NCBI RefSeq assembly: GCF_964194025.1
Contig: NC_134472.1
Coordinates: 28,086,001-28,150,000 of the forward strand
DNA length: 64,000 bases
From: Convolutriloba macropyga
Lineage: Eukaryota
Reading direction: 5' to 3'
The translations under genes and the position numbers were made by a program. Each line of letters begins with the position of its first letter. The stretch's first letter is position 1. The notes under the pieces were generated by a model. The model was not told the origin of the DNA. It searched no databases and saw nothing but the letters and a program-made list of their open reading frames with translations. Positions 1-13,430 of the stretch are shown piece by piece.

Positions 1-1170
1 TTTTTTTTCTAAATGGTTTTCCCAATCCATTCATAGTCCGTTCTAGGTCTAGTTTTCTGTTTAGTCAATGAAAATTCTTTGGTACTTGTCCTGCTATGTT
101 TTTTGTTTCGTCTGACGCTCTTTTTTCGTTTTACATTTGTTTACACCTCAAAGCTGAAAAGTCGAATTTTCTGAATGACTTCTTCCTCTGACTAACGGCT
201 TTTGCGTGCGTGATGTCATTTCTCACTCGCTCTCGCTGAAGTTTTTCGCGTGATAAGATTTTGATTATACTTGATTTACCTCACTCAATAAAATGACTTT
301 TGCACTTTAAAAGTTAAGTTTAATTTGAATTAAATTAAGGTCAAAGGAACTCATTTGTGTAATGAGGGTCCCTAATGAAAAGGCTTCTGCGCAATGAATT
401 TTAACAAGCTTTATTAATTTATCGTTTTTTTCATAGCTTTTTCACCGCTGTCGATAACTTTTTCAACTTTTATCTGTATCTGTTTCTATCTCTATTATAC
501 GGCACGCAAGTCTATTCTTCTGCAGCTATTCAGGTAATCTGCCGGCTATGTTCGATATTTTCAAAGCTTTTAAATTGTAATGACTAAAGTTTGTTGCAAT
601 TAGTTTAGTCCCCCGTAGTTAAAGCTTCTGTGCATTTAATTGCTGAGCAGCTCTGCGTTGCTCAGAAGTGTTTCGTTTAATTCGTGGGGCAATGCTTGAT
701 TGGAGTTTCAGATCCCAACCAACCAACAACGATGCTAGTCCATTATGTAAAGTCATTGCTATAAAAACCGATTGTCTATTGTTTGATGCACGATATTAAA
801 AATGTTTGAGGGTCGGAAGAAACGGTTTCAAAACAAACGTATTCATTTAGAACAATTTTTTGCTAAGATGGCTCAATTTTCCAATATACGACTACATGCC
901 TATTTATTAAGTTACATATTCACACGGTGGTGAAAATTCCGTTGTTCACAAGCAAAATAGCGTCTACCTGGCAGTGTTCTGTAATGCAGAACAATGATTT
1001 TTGTAACATTTTTTGTTTTGTGCATTCGTTTTCTGATTAATAGCCGCTCTCATCTTCTCAGACGGCTATTATAGCGCTCCTATTTTTTACAATTAAAAGA
1101 ATTTGAATTGTATTGGGGCGCTGTGTTTTTTTTAAGATGTGTTCGCACATTTTTCAATGATTTTGATCTT
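1..1170. repeat. Degenerate dispersed repeat family, also present at ~8100-8900 and ~62250-63900
   Basis: Shared blocks: aaatggttttcccaatccat (near 11, ~63105, ~63490); gcgtgcgtga(t/c)gtcatt (~204, ~62722); aatagccgc...ggctatt...ttttttacaattaaaagaatttgaattgtattgggg (~1040-1120, ~62260-62340); acttgtcctgctatgttttt (~85, ~8388). Confidence 0.75.
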
Positions 1171-1288
1171 TCCAAACGGGATAAACAGGTAAAGCCCAGC
1201 GGGCATTAAGTTTTATTAGAGGCCCAAAGTGGACGTTAGTAGTCCTTCAAGAGCCCAGAGTGTTGCAGCTGCTGGGATGGCCTCAATT

Positions 1289-4200
1289 CAAGGTTAAAAG
1301 GTCATTTTTGAGATTTTGGGCTCAAAATGGTGCAATTTTTCACGTTTTTTGCGATTTTTTCAAAATTTTTTTGCTTGATTAGTCTTAGGTTGAAGTTTTT
1401 GAAAGTTGATGAAGGCCTTTTGCGAGACAGAAGTACCTGTTATGACCATTTTATGAGCTATATGTTTTGGTACTACAAACACACAAAATGATACTAGTTT
1501 TTGAAAATTTTTTCATTTTTTGCGTTCCTTCAGGGGCCAGGGAATCTCCTTTGAGGTTTGATAATAGGGCTTTGTATAGTTTCTAGTAATATTGGGGTGT
1601 TTTTCAACATTTTAATGTCTCGAATATGTTTTGGTACTACAAACACAAAATGGTACTAGTTTTTTTGAAAAATTTTGTCATTTTTTGCGTTTCTTCAGGG
1701 GTCAGGGAATCTCCTTCGAGGTTTGATAATAGGGCATTGTATAGTTTCTATTAATATTGGAGTGGTTTTCAACATTTCAATGTCTCGAATTTTAGCATTT
1801 TTTAAAAAAAATCTGCAGTTTTTTTGAGGTTTCCTCAAGTTTTTGTCAATTTTATGTATTTGTCCATTCTCAAGTGCCAGGAAACGTATTCCACGGTCTG
1901 CAAAAATTTACTGGATAGTTGTTAGGTTCAATGGAATTGTTTTTAACAGTTTAACTCTTCGAATTTTGAAAATTTTCTGATAAAACTTTCAAGTTTTTAA
2001 AGTTTTTTCAAAACATTTGTCTTTTATTCAGTTTCTCTTGCCTAAATAGCCAGATAACCTGTAGATAATATGTTATTAAATAGTTTTTAGGGGTTAATTG
2101 AATTGTTTTTAGCATTTTAATACAAGGAATTTCTGTTTAAATAAAAAAATTTTTATAAAAATTATTGCCCATCGATCTTTGAACCAATTAATTTTTTAAG
2201 GCTTAGAATTGGTTTACTGGATCGCCTCTAGAGACACTAGAATCATTTCTTAAGAAATGATTCCTAAGATATTAATATCAAGATTTTCAGCAACATTTCA
2301 TTAAAAATTTAATTGATATCATTTTTTTTTTAATTTTTGAAAATTTTCGATTTAATCGATCAAGGTTAAAAGGTCATTTTTATGAGTTTTTGGGCTCAAA
2401 ATGGTGCAATTTTTCACGTTTTTTGTGATTGTTTTAAAAGTTTTTTGCTTGATTAGTATAAGGTTGAAGTATTTGAAAGTTGATGAAGGCCTTTTGCGAG
2501 ACAGAGGTACCTGTTATGACCATTTTATGAGCTATATATTTTGGTACTACAAACACACAAAATGATACTAGTTTTTTGAAAATTTTTGTCATTTTTTGCG
2601 TTTCTTCAGGGGCCAGGGAATCTTCTTTGAGGTTTGATAATAGGGCATTGTATAGTTTCCAGTAATATTGGAGTGGTTTTCAATATTTTAATGTCTCGAA
2701 TTTTAATGTCTCGAATTTTAGCGTTTTTTTAAAAATATCTGCAATTTTTTTGAGGTTTCCTCAAGTTTTTCTCAATTTTTGGTATTTGTCCATTCTCAAG
2801 TGGCAGAAAACGTGATCCACGGACTGCAAAAATTTTACTGGATAGTTGTTAGGTTCAATGGATTTGTTTTTAACAGTTTAACTCCTCGAATTTTGAAAAT
2901 TTTCTAATAAAACTTGCAAGTTTTTAAAGTTTTTTCAAAACATTTGTCTTTTATTCAGTTTCTTTTGCCTAAATAGCCAGATAACCTGTAGATAATATGT
3001 TATTAAATAGTTTTTAGGGGTTAATTGGATTGCTTTCAGCATTTTAATACAAGGAATTTCTGTTTAAATAAAAAATTTTTTTTAAAAATTATTGCCCATC
3101 GATCTTTGAACCAATTAATTTTTTAAGGCTTAGAATTGGTTTACTTGATAGCCTCTAGAGACACTAGAATCTTTTCTTAAGAAATGATTCCTAAGATATT
3201 AATATCAAGATTTTCAGCAACATTTTATTAAAATTTTAATTGATATCATTTTTTTTTAATTTTTGAAAATTTTCGAGTTAATCTATCAAGGTTAAAAGGT
3301 CATTTTTATGAGTTTTTGGGCTCAAAATGGTGCAATTTTTCACGTTTTTTGTGATTGTTTTAAAAGTTTTTTGCTTGATTAGTATAAGGTTGAAGTTTTT
3401 GAAAGTTGATGAAGGCCTTTTGCGAGACAGAAGTACCTGTTATGACCATTTTATGAGCTATATGTTTTGGTACTACAAACACACAAAATGATACTAGTTT
3501 TTGAAAATTTTTTCATTTTTTGCGTTTCTTCAGGGGCCAGGGAATCTCCTTTGAGGTTTGATAATAGGGCTTTGTATAGTTTCTAGTAATATTGGAGTGT
3601 TTTTCAACATTTTAATGTCTCGAATATGTTTTGGTACTACAAACACAAAATGGTACTAGTTTTTTTGAAAAATGTTGTCATTTTTTGCGTTTCCTCAGGG
3701 GTCGGGGAATCTCCTTTGAGGTTTGATAATAGAGCTTTGTATAGTTTCTAGTAATATTGGAGTGTTTTTCAACATTTTAATGTCTCGAATATGTTTTGGT
3801 ACTACAAACACAAAATGGTACTAGTTTTTTTGAAAAATTTTGTCATTTTTTGCGTTTCTTCAGGGGTCAGGGAATCTCCTTTGAGGTTTGATGATAGGGC
3901 ATTGTTTAGTTTCTATTAATATTGGAGTGGTTTTCAACATTTCAATGTCTCGAATTTTAATGTCTCGAATTTTAGCGTTTTTTTAAAAATATCTGCAATT
4001 TTTTTGAGGTTTCCTCAAGTTTTTCTCAATTTTTGGTATTTGTCCATTCTCAAGTGGCAGAAAACGTGATCCACGGACTGCAAAAATTTTACTGGATAGT
4101 TGTTAGGTTCAATGGATTTGTTTTTAACAGTTTAACTCCTGGAATTTTGAAAATTTTCTAATAAAACTTGCAAGTTTTTAAAGTTTTTTCAAAACATTTG

Positions 4201-7200
4201 TCTTTTATTCAGTTTCTTTTGCCTAAATAGCCAGATAACCTGTAGATAATATGTTATTAAATAGTTTTTAGGGGTTAATTGGATTGCTTTCAGCATTTTA
4301 ATACAAGGAATTTCTGTTTAAATAAAAAAATTTTTTTAAAAATTATTGCCCATCGATCTTTGAACCAATTAATTTTTTAAGGCTTAGAATTGGTTTACTT
4401 GATAGCCTCTAGAGACACTAGAATCTTTTCTTAAGAAATGATTCCTAAGATATTAATATCAAGATTTTCAGCAACATTTTATTAAAATTTTAATTGATAT
4501 CATTTTTTTTTAATTTTTGAAAATTTTCGAGTTAATCTATCAAGGTTAAAAGGTCATTTTTATGAGTTTTTGGGCTCAAAATGGTGCAATTTTTCACTTT
4601 TTTTGTGATTGTTTTAAAAGTTTTTTGCTTGATTAGTATAAGGTTGAAGTATTTGAAAGTTGATGAAGGCCTTTTGCGAGACAGAGGTACCTGTTATGAC
4701 CATTTTATGAGCTATATATTTTGGTTCTACAAACACACAAAATGATACTAGTTTTTGGAAAATTATTGTCATTTTTTGCGTTTGTTCAGGGGCCAGGGAA
4801 TCTCCTTTGAGGTTTGATAATAGGGCATTGTATAGTTTCCAGTAATATGGGAGTGGTTTTCAATATTTTAATGTCTCGAATATGTTTTGGTACTACAAAC
4901 ACAAAATGGTACTAATTTTTTTGAAAAATTTTGTCATTTTTTGCGTTTCCTCAGGGGTCAGGGAATCTCTTTTGAGGTTTGATAATACGGCATTGTATAG
5001 TTTCCAGTAATATTGGAGTGTTTTTCAATATTTTAATGTCTCGAATATGTTTTGGTACTACAAACACAAAATGGTACTAGTTTTTTTGAAAAATTTTGTC
5101 ATTTTTTGCGTTTCCTCAGGGGTCAGGGAATCTCTTTTGAGGTTTGATAATACGGCATTGTATAGTTTCCAGTAATATTGGAGTGTTTTTCAATATTTTA
5201 ATGTCTCGAATATGTTTTGGTACTACAAACACAAAATGGTACTAATTTTTTTGAAAAATTTTGTCATTTTTTGCGTTTCTTCAGGGGTCAGGGAATCTCC
5301 TTTGAGGTTTGATAATAGGGCATTGTATAGTTTCTATTAATATTGGAGTGGTTTTCAACATTTTAATGTCTCGAATTTTAGCATTATTTTTAAAAATATC
5401 TGCAATTTTTTTGAGGTATCCTCAAGTTTTTGTCCATTTTTGGTACTTGTCCATTCTCAAGTGGCAGAAAACGTGATCCACGGACTGCAAAAATTTACTG
5501 GATAGTTGTTAGGTTCAATGGATTTGTTTTTAACAGTTTAACTCCTCGAAATTTGAAAATTTTCTGATAAAACTTGCAAGTTTTTAAAGTTTTTTCAAAA
5601 CATTTGTCTTTTATTCAGTTTCTTTTGCCTAAATAGCCAGATAACCTGTAGATAATATGTTATTCAATAGTTTTTATGGGTTAATTGGATTGCTTTCAGC
5701 ATTTTAATACAAGGAATTTCTGTTTAAATAAAAAAATTTTTATAAAAATTATTGCCCATCGATCTTTGAACCAATTAATTTTTTAAGGCTTAGAATTGGC
5801 TTACTGGATAGCCTCTAGAGACACTAGAATCTTTTCTTAAGAAATGATTCCTAAGATATTAATATCAAGATTTTCAGCAACATTTCATTAAAATTTTAAT
5901 TGATATCATTTTTTTTTAATTTTTGAAAATTTTCGAGTTAATCGATCAAGGTTAAAAGGTCATTTTTATGAGTTTTTGGGCTCAAAATGGTGCAATTTTT
6001 CACGTTTTTTGTGATTTTTTTAAAAGTTTTTTGCTTGATTAGTATGAGGTTGAAGTTTTTGAAAGTTGATGAAGGCCTTTTGCGAGACAGAAGTACCTGT
6101 TATGACCATTTTATGAGCTATATGTTTTGGTACTACAAACACAAAAAAATGATTTTAGTTTTTGAAAATTTTTTCATTTTTTGCGTTTCTTCAGGGGCCA
6201 GGGAATCTCCTTTGAGGTTTGATAATAGGGCTTTGTATAGTTTCTAGTAATATTGGAGTGTTTTTCAACATTTTAATGTCTCGAATATGTTTTGGTACTA
6301 CAAACACAAAATGGTACTAGTTTTTTTGAAAAATTTTGTCATTTTTTGCGTTTCTTCAGGGGTCAGGGAATCTCCTTTGAGGTTTGATAATAGGGCTTTG
6401 TATAGTTCCTATTAATATTGGAGTGGTTTTCAACAATTTAATGTCTCGAATTTTAGCATTTTTTTAAAAATATCTGCAATTTTTTTGAGGTTTCCTCAAG
6501 TTTTTGTCAATTTTTGGTATTTGTCCATTCTCAAGTGCCAGGAAACGTATTCCACAGTCTGCAAAAATTTACTGGATAGTTGTTAGGTTCAATGGATTTG
6601 TTTTTAACAGTTTAACTCTTCGAATTTTGAAAATTTTCTGATAAAACTTGCAACTTTTCAAGTTTTTTCAAAACATTTGTCTTTTATTCAGTTTCTCTTG
6701 CCTAAATAGCCAGATAACCTGTAGATAATGTGTTATTAAATAGTTTTTAGGGGTTAAGTGGATTGTTTTTAGCATTTTGATACAAGGAATTTCTGTTTAA
6801 ATAAAAAAATTTTTATAAAAATTATTGCCCATCGATCTTTGAACCAATTATTTTTTAAGGCTTAGAATTGGTTTACTGGATAGCCTCTAGAGACACTAGA
6901 ATCTTTTCTTAAGAAATGATTCCTAAGATATTAATATCAAGATTTTCAGCAACATTTCATTAAAATTTTAATTGATATCATTTTTTTTTTAATTTTTGAA
7001 AATTTTCGAGTTAATCGATCAAGGTTAAAAGGTCATTTTTATGAGTTTTTGGGCTCAAAATGGTGCAATTTTTCACGTTTTTTGTGATTTTTTTAAAAGT
7101 TTTTTGCTTGATTAGTATAAGGTTGAAGTTTTTGAAAGTTGATGAAGGCCTTTTGCGAGACAGAAGTACCTGTTATGACCATTTTATGAGCTATATGTTT

Positions 7201-8090
7201 TGGTACTACAAACACACAAAATGATACTAGTTTTTGAAAATTTTTTCATTTTTTGCGTTTCTTCAGGGGCCAGGGAATCTCCTTTGAGGTTTGATAATAG
7301 GGCTTTGTATAGTTTCTAGTAATATTGGAGTGTTTTTCAACATTTTAATGTCTCGAATATGTTTTGGTACTACAAACACAAAATGGTACTAGTTTTTTGA
7401 AAAATTTTGTCATTTTTTGCGTTTCTTCAGGGGTCAGGGAATCTCCTTTGAGGTTTGATAATAGGGCTTTGTATAGTTTCTATTAATATTGGAGTGTTTT
7501 TCAACATTTTAATGTCTCGAATTTTAGCATTTTTTTAAAAATATCTGCAATTTTTTGAGGTTTCCTCAAGTTTTTGTCAATTTTTGGTATTTGTCCATTC
7601 TCAAGTGCCAGGAAAAGTATTCCACAGTCTGCAAAAAAAATTTACTGGATAGTTGTTAGGTTCAATGGATTTGTTTTTAACAGTTTAACTCTTCGAATTT
7701 TGAAAATTTTCTGATAAAACTTGCAACTTTTCAAGTTTTTTCAAAACATTTGTCTTTTATTCAGTTTCTCTTGCCTAAATAGCCAGATAACCTGTAGATA
7801 ATGTGTTATTAAATAGTTTTTAGGGGTTAATTGGATTGTTTTTAGCATTTTAATACAAGGAATTTCTGTTTAAATAAAAAAATTTTTATAAAAATTATTG
7901 CCCATCGATCTTTGATCCAATTAATTTTTTAAGGCTTAGAATTGGTTTACTGGATAGACTCTAGAGACACTAGAATCGTTTCTTAAGAAATGATTCCTAA
8001 GATATTAATATCACGATTTTCAGCAACATTTCATTAAAATTTTAATTGACATCATTTTTTAACTTCGGAAAATTTTTGAGTTAATCGATC
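1289..8090 (+). repeat. Tandem satellite array of 6 units (~0.93-1.41 kb) with an internal ~165-bp subrepeat in variable copy number
   Basis: Units start with caaggttaaaaggtcatttt at 1289, 2361, 3287, 4541, 5947 and 7020. The subrepeat tatgttttggtactacaaacac...ttttaatgtctcgaa occurs 2,1,3,4,2,2 times, which explains unit lengths of 1072, 926, 1254, 1406, 1073 and ~1070. Confidence 0.97.
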
Positions 8091-10413
8091 TTCAAGGGCC
8101 AATGAATTTTTTCAGGCCTTGAAGATATAATACTGCACCAATCTCAGAAGCAAAATTTGGTTTTGAACGTTTTTTTTGTAATAGGTAAATTTAAAGGTGT
8201 CAAGTTTTGCCTTGCTAAAAGCTTCAAAATTTTATCAATGATTTTTTATTTGTTTAGTTTGTTTGATTGTTTGTTTGTCAACTTTTTGATGATTTTGTTT
8301 GTGTTTTGGCTGGCATCGTTGAATTGATCTGCTGGTCAGGTAGAGTAATTCTAAGTTTTTTTTCAATTTTTTGAATTGTATTTCAGGACTTGTCCTGCTA
8401 TGTTTTTTACTTCGTCGAACTTTTTTTTTCGCTTTGCCCATTTTGCCGCTTTTTCGACATTTTTCGTGAAATCTTTTTGACTTCTCTAGGCTAGTGTCAC
8501 TCCTCTGTCACTCTACTGCTCAAAGTCTTTTTAAACAGCAGCTGCTCAGCAAAGCAATTCAAAATGAAGAGAGTCAGTATAAAAAAATCAAATTCAGAAA
8601 TAGAAACGGGATAAACCCAGAAAGCCCGTTTTTAGATGCCCGGTACTTGAACTTTGTTCTCATAGGTTTTAGTTACTATCTATAATGCTTATTGGTATTG
8701 ATACTAGACCCTGTAGCCTCTCACTGAGAGACAGGAGTATGTTCAATTACGAAATGACATCAAAATAAATCGCACTTAAAACTGTTTTTATACAAAAATC
8801 AGTTATTGTTGATATTTTCTCTTCTTTCAATCCCAATAAAGTTATGGGAATCAACGGCGGCTATTTTCCGGCAATCTGCCGGGTATGTTTCATTTTACAA
8901 TCGTTTTAAAGTTTCATTGAGAACTTTTATTAGATTAACAATAGCTCATTCATGCGTCCAAAACACGAAAATGTAAGTAGCAATTAATTTGTCTATCAAG
9001 TAGTGAAGCGCAGGCATCTCTTTTTTACTATGTTGTATTGTAAGAAAAGAACAGTTTCATATGACATTTGGAAACAGGCTGAAAATTCGTCCAGACTGAT
9101 TCTCAGACTCATTGAGAAAAATTTTGGATTCTCATTTAGAGAGCTGCACGTTCTTGGGCCGGACATAGATTCTTCTGCAGAGCTATAACCGAAAGCAAAC
9201 AGAATTTTTCCCTCAGATGAATTAAAAATCCCTTTTTAATCACCCTTTATTCTCCGGGAGAAAACACGGATATTGGTTATAAATTTTATGGAAGTTTCTA
9301 ATCGAGAGCTTGATCTTTTCCTTCAGTTTTAGGACTATTTGAATTCAATACTTGAGAACTAAACTGTCAGAGTTTTGAATGAATTATTCTTGACTTTGTA
9401 ATTAATTATTGCACTTTGTTAAGTAGATGTTCACCATCTATGTCATTTTTTCCTCTAATTCGACTTTATATAATTAAGTTGAGCAAAAGTTCGAGGCCCA
9501 TTGATTTTATTTCAGAAAAATCATTCTGTAAACTATGTGTAACAACCCTACCCGTCTTGGGTTGTTACATATGCATTGGAAAAATATTGGATCAGAATAC
9601 AGGCAACGTAAAGTCTTTAAGTGTTAATTTATTACTTTCGAAAACTGGAAAAGTTCCTTACAAAACACAATCAAATTTTTGCGATTATGAAAACTCATAA
9701 ACCTAATTTACGCAATAACCGATTTTTGCAGATTATTACGTGAAGCAAGGTGTTAAGTGACGTTAGGCTTTTTTTCTGAAGAGCTGTTTTTTAAAAAAAA
9801 AAGAACAATTGAATTTATTTCCAAGTCAAATTGTGGTACGGATTTTCAGACCACAAGAATACTACTAAATGTTCTTTTTTGACAAAATATAAAGTGTAAG
9901 GAGTTTCTAGCTTGTGAATTCAGCGTTACAAATATTTTGAATTTATAAGAGTTGAGTACATAAATTGCAAAGAAGAGCTGGCGACTAACTAATTTTGTTT
10001 GCATCTATGGTAGACTGATATATGAGACACCACAAGTCGTATTTTCGTTTTTTTGCAAATAATGGAAAGGCTACTGATCAAAACATATGAAGGTCTAACT
10101 TAGTGTTCAATCAATGTGTACAGTCTAATTAGTAATTAATTTTTGTCTACTTTGTTTTGTCGTGTTCTGCTTGGAACAAAAAGTCACCACTTGCTATTAT
10201 TTTTTGCTAGTTAATCTAAAAGCAAAAATTATGAATTCTTAGAAAGCTGCTCTCGGACGAAATTTGAGCAATCATTGTTAACGCGTGTCTTTATTTTTTA
10301 TGCAATGGTTTTGATTGATATTTTTCTTCATGAATGTTCAACTTCTTCGAGCTTGATTTTACTTGTTTGATTGATTTGAAATAAAAACCGAATGCGATTG
10401 ATGAACGTACATA

Positions 10414-10480
10414 GCACGTGTGGCGTAGAAATTGATGCATTTGACTCTCATCGGAGAGGTTACGTGTTCGATCCCGACAG
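10414..10480 (+). mobile_element. tRNA-derived (SINE head-like) remnant with Pol III A/B boxes
   Basis: A-box-like TGGCGTAGAAATTG at 10421 and B-box GTTCGATCC at 10466 with tRNA-like spacing. There is an imperfect anticodon-type stem but no acceptor stem, so it is not a functional tRNA. Confidence 0.5.
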
Positions 10481-10709
10481 TAATAAGAATTTTTAGCACT
10501 ATTTAGGTTTTTCTAGCCTATACTACTTTATAAATTGATTACTTCGATTTTTGTTGTTCATAGCAGACATAGTGACCTCAATGATTACACTCGTACAAAA
10601 AAGATTTTTGATCAATTAACTGTTGAACGGTGTCCCAACCTAAAGTAAGGTCTTAATATCGAAAAATAATAACGGAACAGCAAGAAAACAATTCATTTAA
10701 TCTTATTTT

Positions 10710-13430
10710 CACATTGATTTGAGCGCTGGTTTTAAGGTATGTTCATGCTTTTATTCAAGTCTCTGCTGTCGATGGCAAGTCAAACTGAGATGGAAAATTT
10801 AGTTGCTAAAAACAGAAAGAGAGCAGAAAAATTAATTTTTTACAGCGGTGTGAGAAAACAGGTTTGAACAAATTTTCGGATTTTGAGAGATTTCTTTCGG
10901 CAAAATTTTCTTTTTGAAGTCATATGTCTGTCCTTTCACTTTTTCATTATGACAGTTTTCAAAAAATGATTTGCGTCTATAGGCTGTCTAATTGTAAATG
11001 TTCAAGTTCCTCAATTGGCTCTAACCAGTTTTTTAGTTCACGCTTTTTATTTTAATATATCAGAAAAATCAATATTTTCCTACTTTTGAAGTTTTTTGTT
11101 GTCTTCTCAGTTAGCATAGTAAAAAGGGACCCAAAAATTTTGTTGAAATACTTTGTTCCTAAATCTGTCATTGATTTTGTTTTGCAATTAATATTCATTT
11201 TGACAGTCAATAACAAAGTTAGTCAGTTTTTGGAGCTGCACCCAAGTTTTTGTTTTCTTTGCTACTTCATCCCTTAGTTAAACTATTGACAAATTATTTC
11301 AGGGTTAGTTTTATTAACAGTTTTATTGTATAGTAGCTTTTATCGTACAAACAATTCTCTCCAAAAAGCATTAAAAAGTTATGCACTTGGCTTGCATTGT
11401 CGTTTCTCTAGATAATTTATAACTCTCTCGAATTATAAAAAGCTCTCAAGAGCTTCCTATTGGTTTTTAGGCATTACTTTTTGAAAGGTGTTAGCGAATT
11501 TTTTTTTCTTGCGTAATTTGTTGTTATTTTTAACAAATTTTTTGTTTTCACGAGGAAAAAAATTTTTTTTACGTTTTTTTACCCTAGAAAAGAACTTTGC
11601 CCTAGAGTTACTGAAAATTGATGCGTGCTCATTATGACATCATACTGGTTAGGGATATATATCAGGTCTGTGTTTGTTTTGATGAATGTGCCTCCACTAT
11701 CCTTCTAATCTGAAAATGACAAGAAGAATTGCTCTTACCAATAAACAGATGCATATAAATTGGACATCTTCATATAAATTGCTCTCTTCAGTTCACAATC
11801 CACCAATTTTCTGCTAAAAATTGAGGAACGGGTCTCTACTATGTAAAAAAATTTTTAATAAACTATGTGGAACCCGATTTTATTTCAATTCAAAAATTTT
11901 CATCAATTTCTGTGCTTACATTTTCAGTATTTATGGATCCAAAACAAAAAATCAATTTTAAAGGCGCCAATAATCACAGCAACAGATATTTTAGATTTTT
12001 ATCTGACACTTTGTGAAACAACTCGTAATCATTTTTAATCAATTACTCTTAGCTTCACATTGAATTGGGTGCTGTCTTTTAATGTATGTTCTCGATTTTC
12101 TTCAAATACTTCCTGTCGATGAGAAATTAAATTGATATGGAAAAGTCAGGTGCTCGTAAACAAAGGAGAGCAAAAAAATCTAATTTTTTTTACAGTGGTG
12201 TTAGAAAATAAATTTGAACAAACTTTCGGATTTTGAGAGATTGCTTCTGACAAAAGCTTCTTTTTGAAGTCATATATCTGTGCTTTCACTTTTTCATTAT
12301 GAAAGTTTTCAAATAATGGTTTGCGATAGGAGGCTGTATAATTTCAATTGGTCGGGTTCCTTAATTGGCTTTAACCCGTTTTTGACTTCACGCTTTTTAT
12401 TTTAGTATATGAGAAAATTTTAGTTTACCTATTTTTAAAGTTTCTTTTTTTGCCTTCTAAGTTAGCCTAGAAAAAAAGGATTCAACCAATTTGTTCAAAT
12501 TTTTTAATCGTTAATCTGTCATTGATTTTGTTTTGCATTTCATATTGTTTTTGACAGTCAGTTTCAAAGTTAGTCAATTTTTAGAGTTGCACCCAAGTTC
12601 TTTTTGGACTACTGAAATATTATTTAAGTGAGATATTTACATATTATTTGAGTGTTAGCTATGTTAATTGTTTTAATGTTTTGTAGCTTTTATCGTAACA
12701 ACAGTTCTTTTCAAGAATCATTAAAAAATTATGCACATGGCTGGCTTTGTCGGTTTTCTAGATAATTTATAATTCTCTCGATTTATCAAAAGGGCACAAA
12801 CGCTTCCAAAAGATTTTTTTTCAGAATTCTTGGACGATGCAAGCGTTGTTCCCATTGAATCTAAAAACATTTGTCGTCAACGAAAAGGTACAACGTTTTT
12901 AGGTTTTGCTTCTTGTTTTTTTTGTATACAATTCTGTCATTCAGGCCCGTTAACGATAGGTTTCAAGGTACTTCTAATTTCAAGGTTTCAAGGTACTTCT
13001 ACAGAGTTCCTGAAAATTGATGCGTGCTCTTTATGACAGCATACTGGTTAGGGATATATATCAGGTCTGTGTTTGTTTTGATGAATGTGCCTCCACTATT
13101 CTTCTAATCTGAAAATGACAAGACGAATTGCTCTTATCATGTGAACAGTATGAACACATGCATATACAATGAGCGTATGCTCTCATCAGATGACTGTCGA
13201 TCAATGTTCTGCTTAAAATAATAGAACGGGTCTTTACTTTATTAATTTTTTTTTTAATAGTCAATGTGGAACTCGATTTTATTTCAATTCAAATGCTTTC
13301 AATCAGATCTGTTCTTACATTTTCAATGTTTTTGGATCCGAATCGGAAAATCGTTTTTAGTGGTAACAATTTCTACTGTGCAAGTTTCTTAGAGTTTTAT
13401 CTGACACTTTTTCAAACCACTCGTAATAAT
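10710..13430 (+). repeat. Old diverged tandem duplication of two ~1.35-1.4-kb copies
   Basis: Collinear matches: ttttcggattttgagagatt (~10873 / ~12223); ctgaaaattgatgcgtgctc...catactggttagggatatatatcaggtctg (11611 / 13010); tttatctgacacttt (~11998 / ~13396). Confidence 0.85.

Noticed and set aside
5987-6247. 86-aa ORF MVQFFTFF...
   Set aside because: Chance open frame in one satellite unit; stops and frameshifts occur in the other units
10414-10480. Functional tRNA gene
   Set aside because: No acceptor stem and a 6-nt anticodon loop; retained only as a SINE-like remnant
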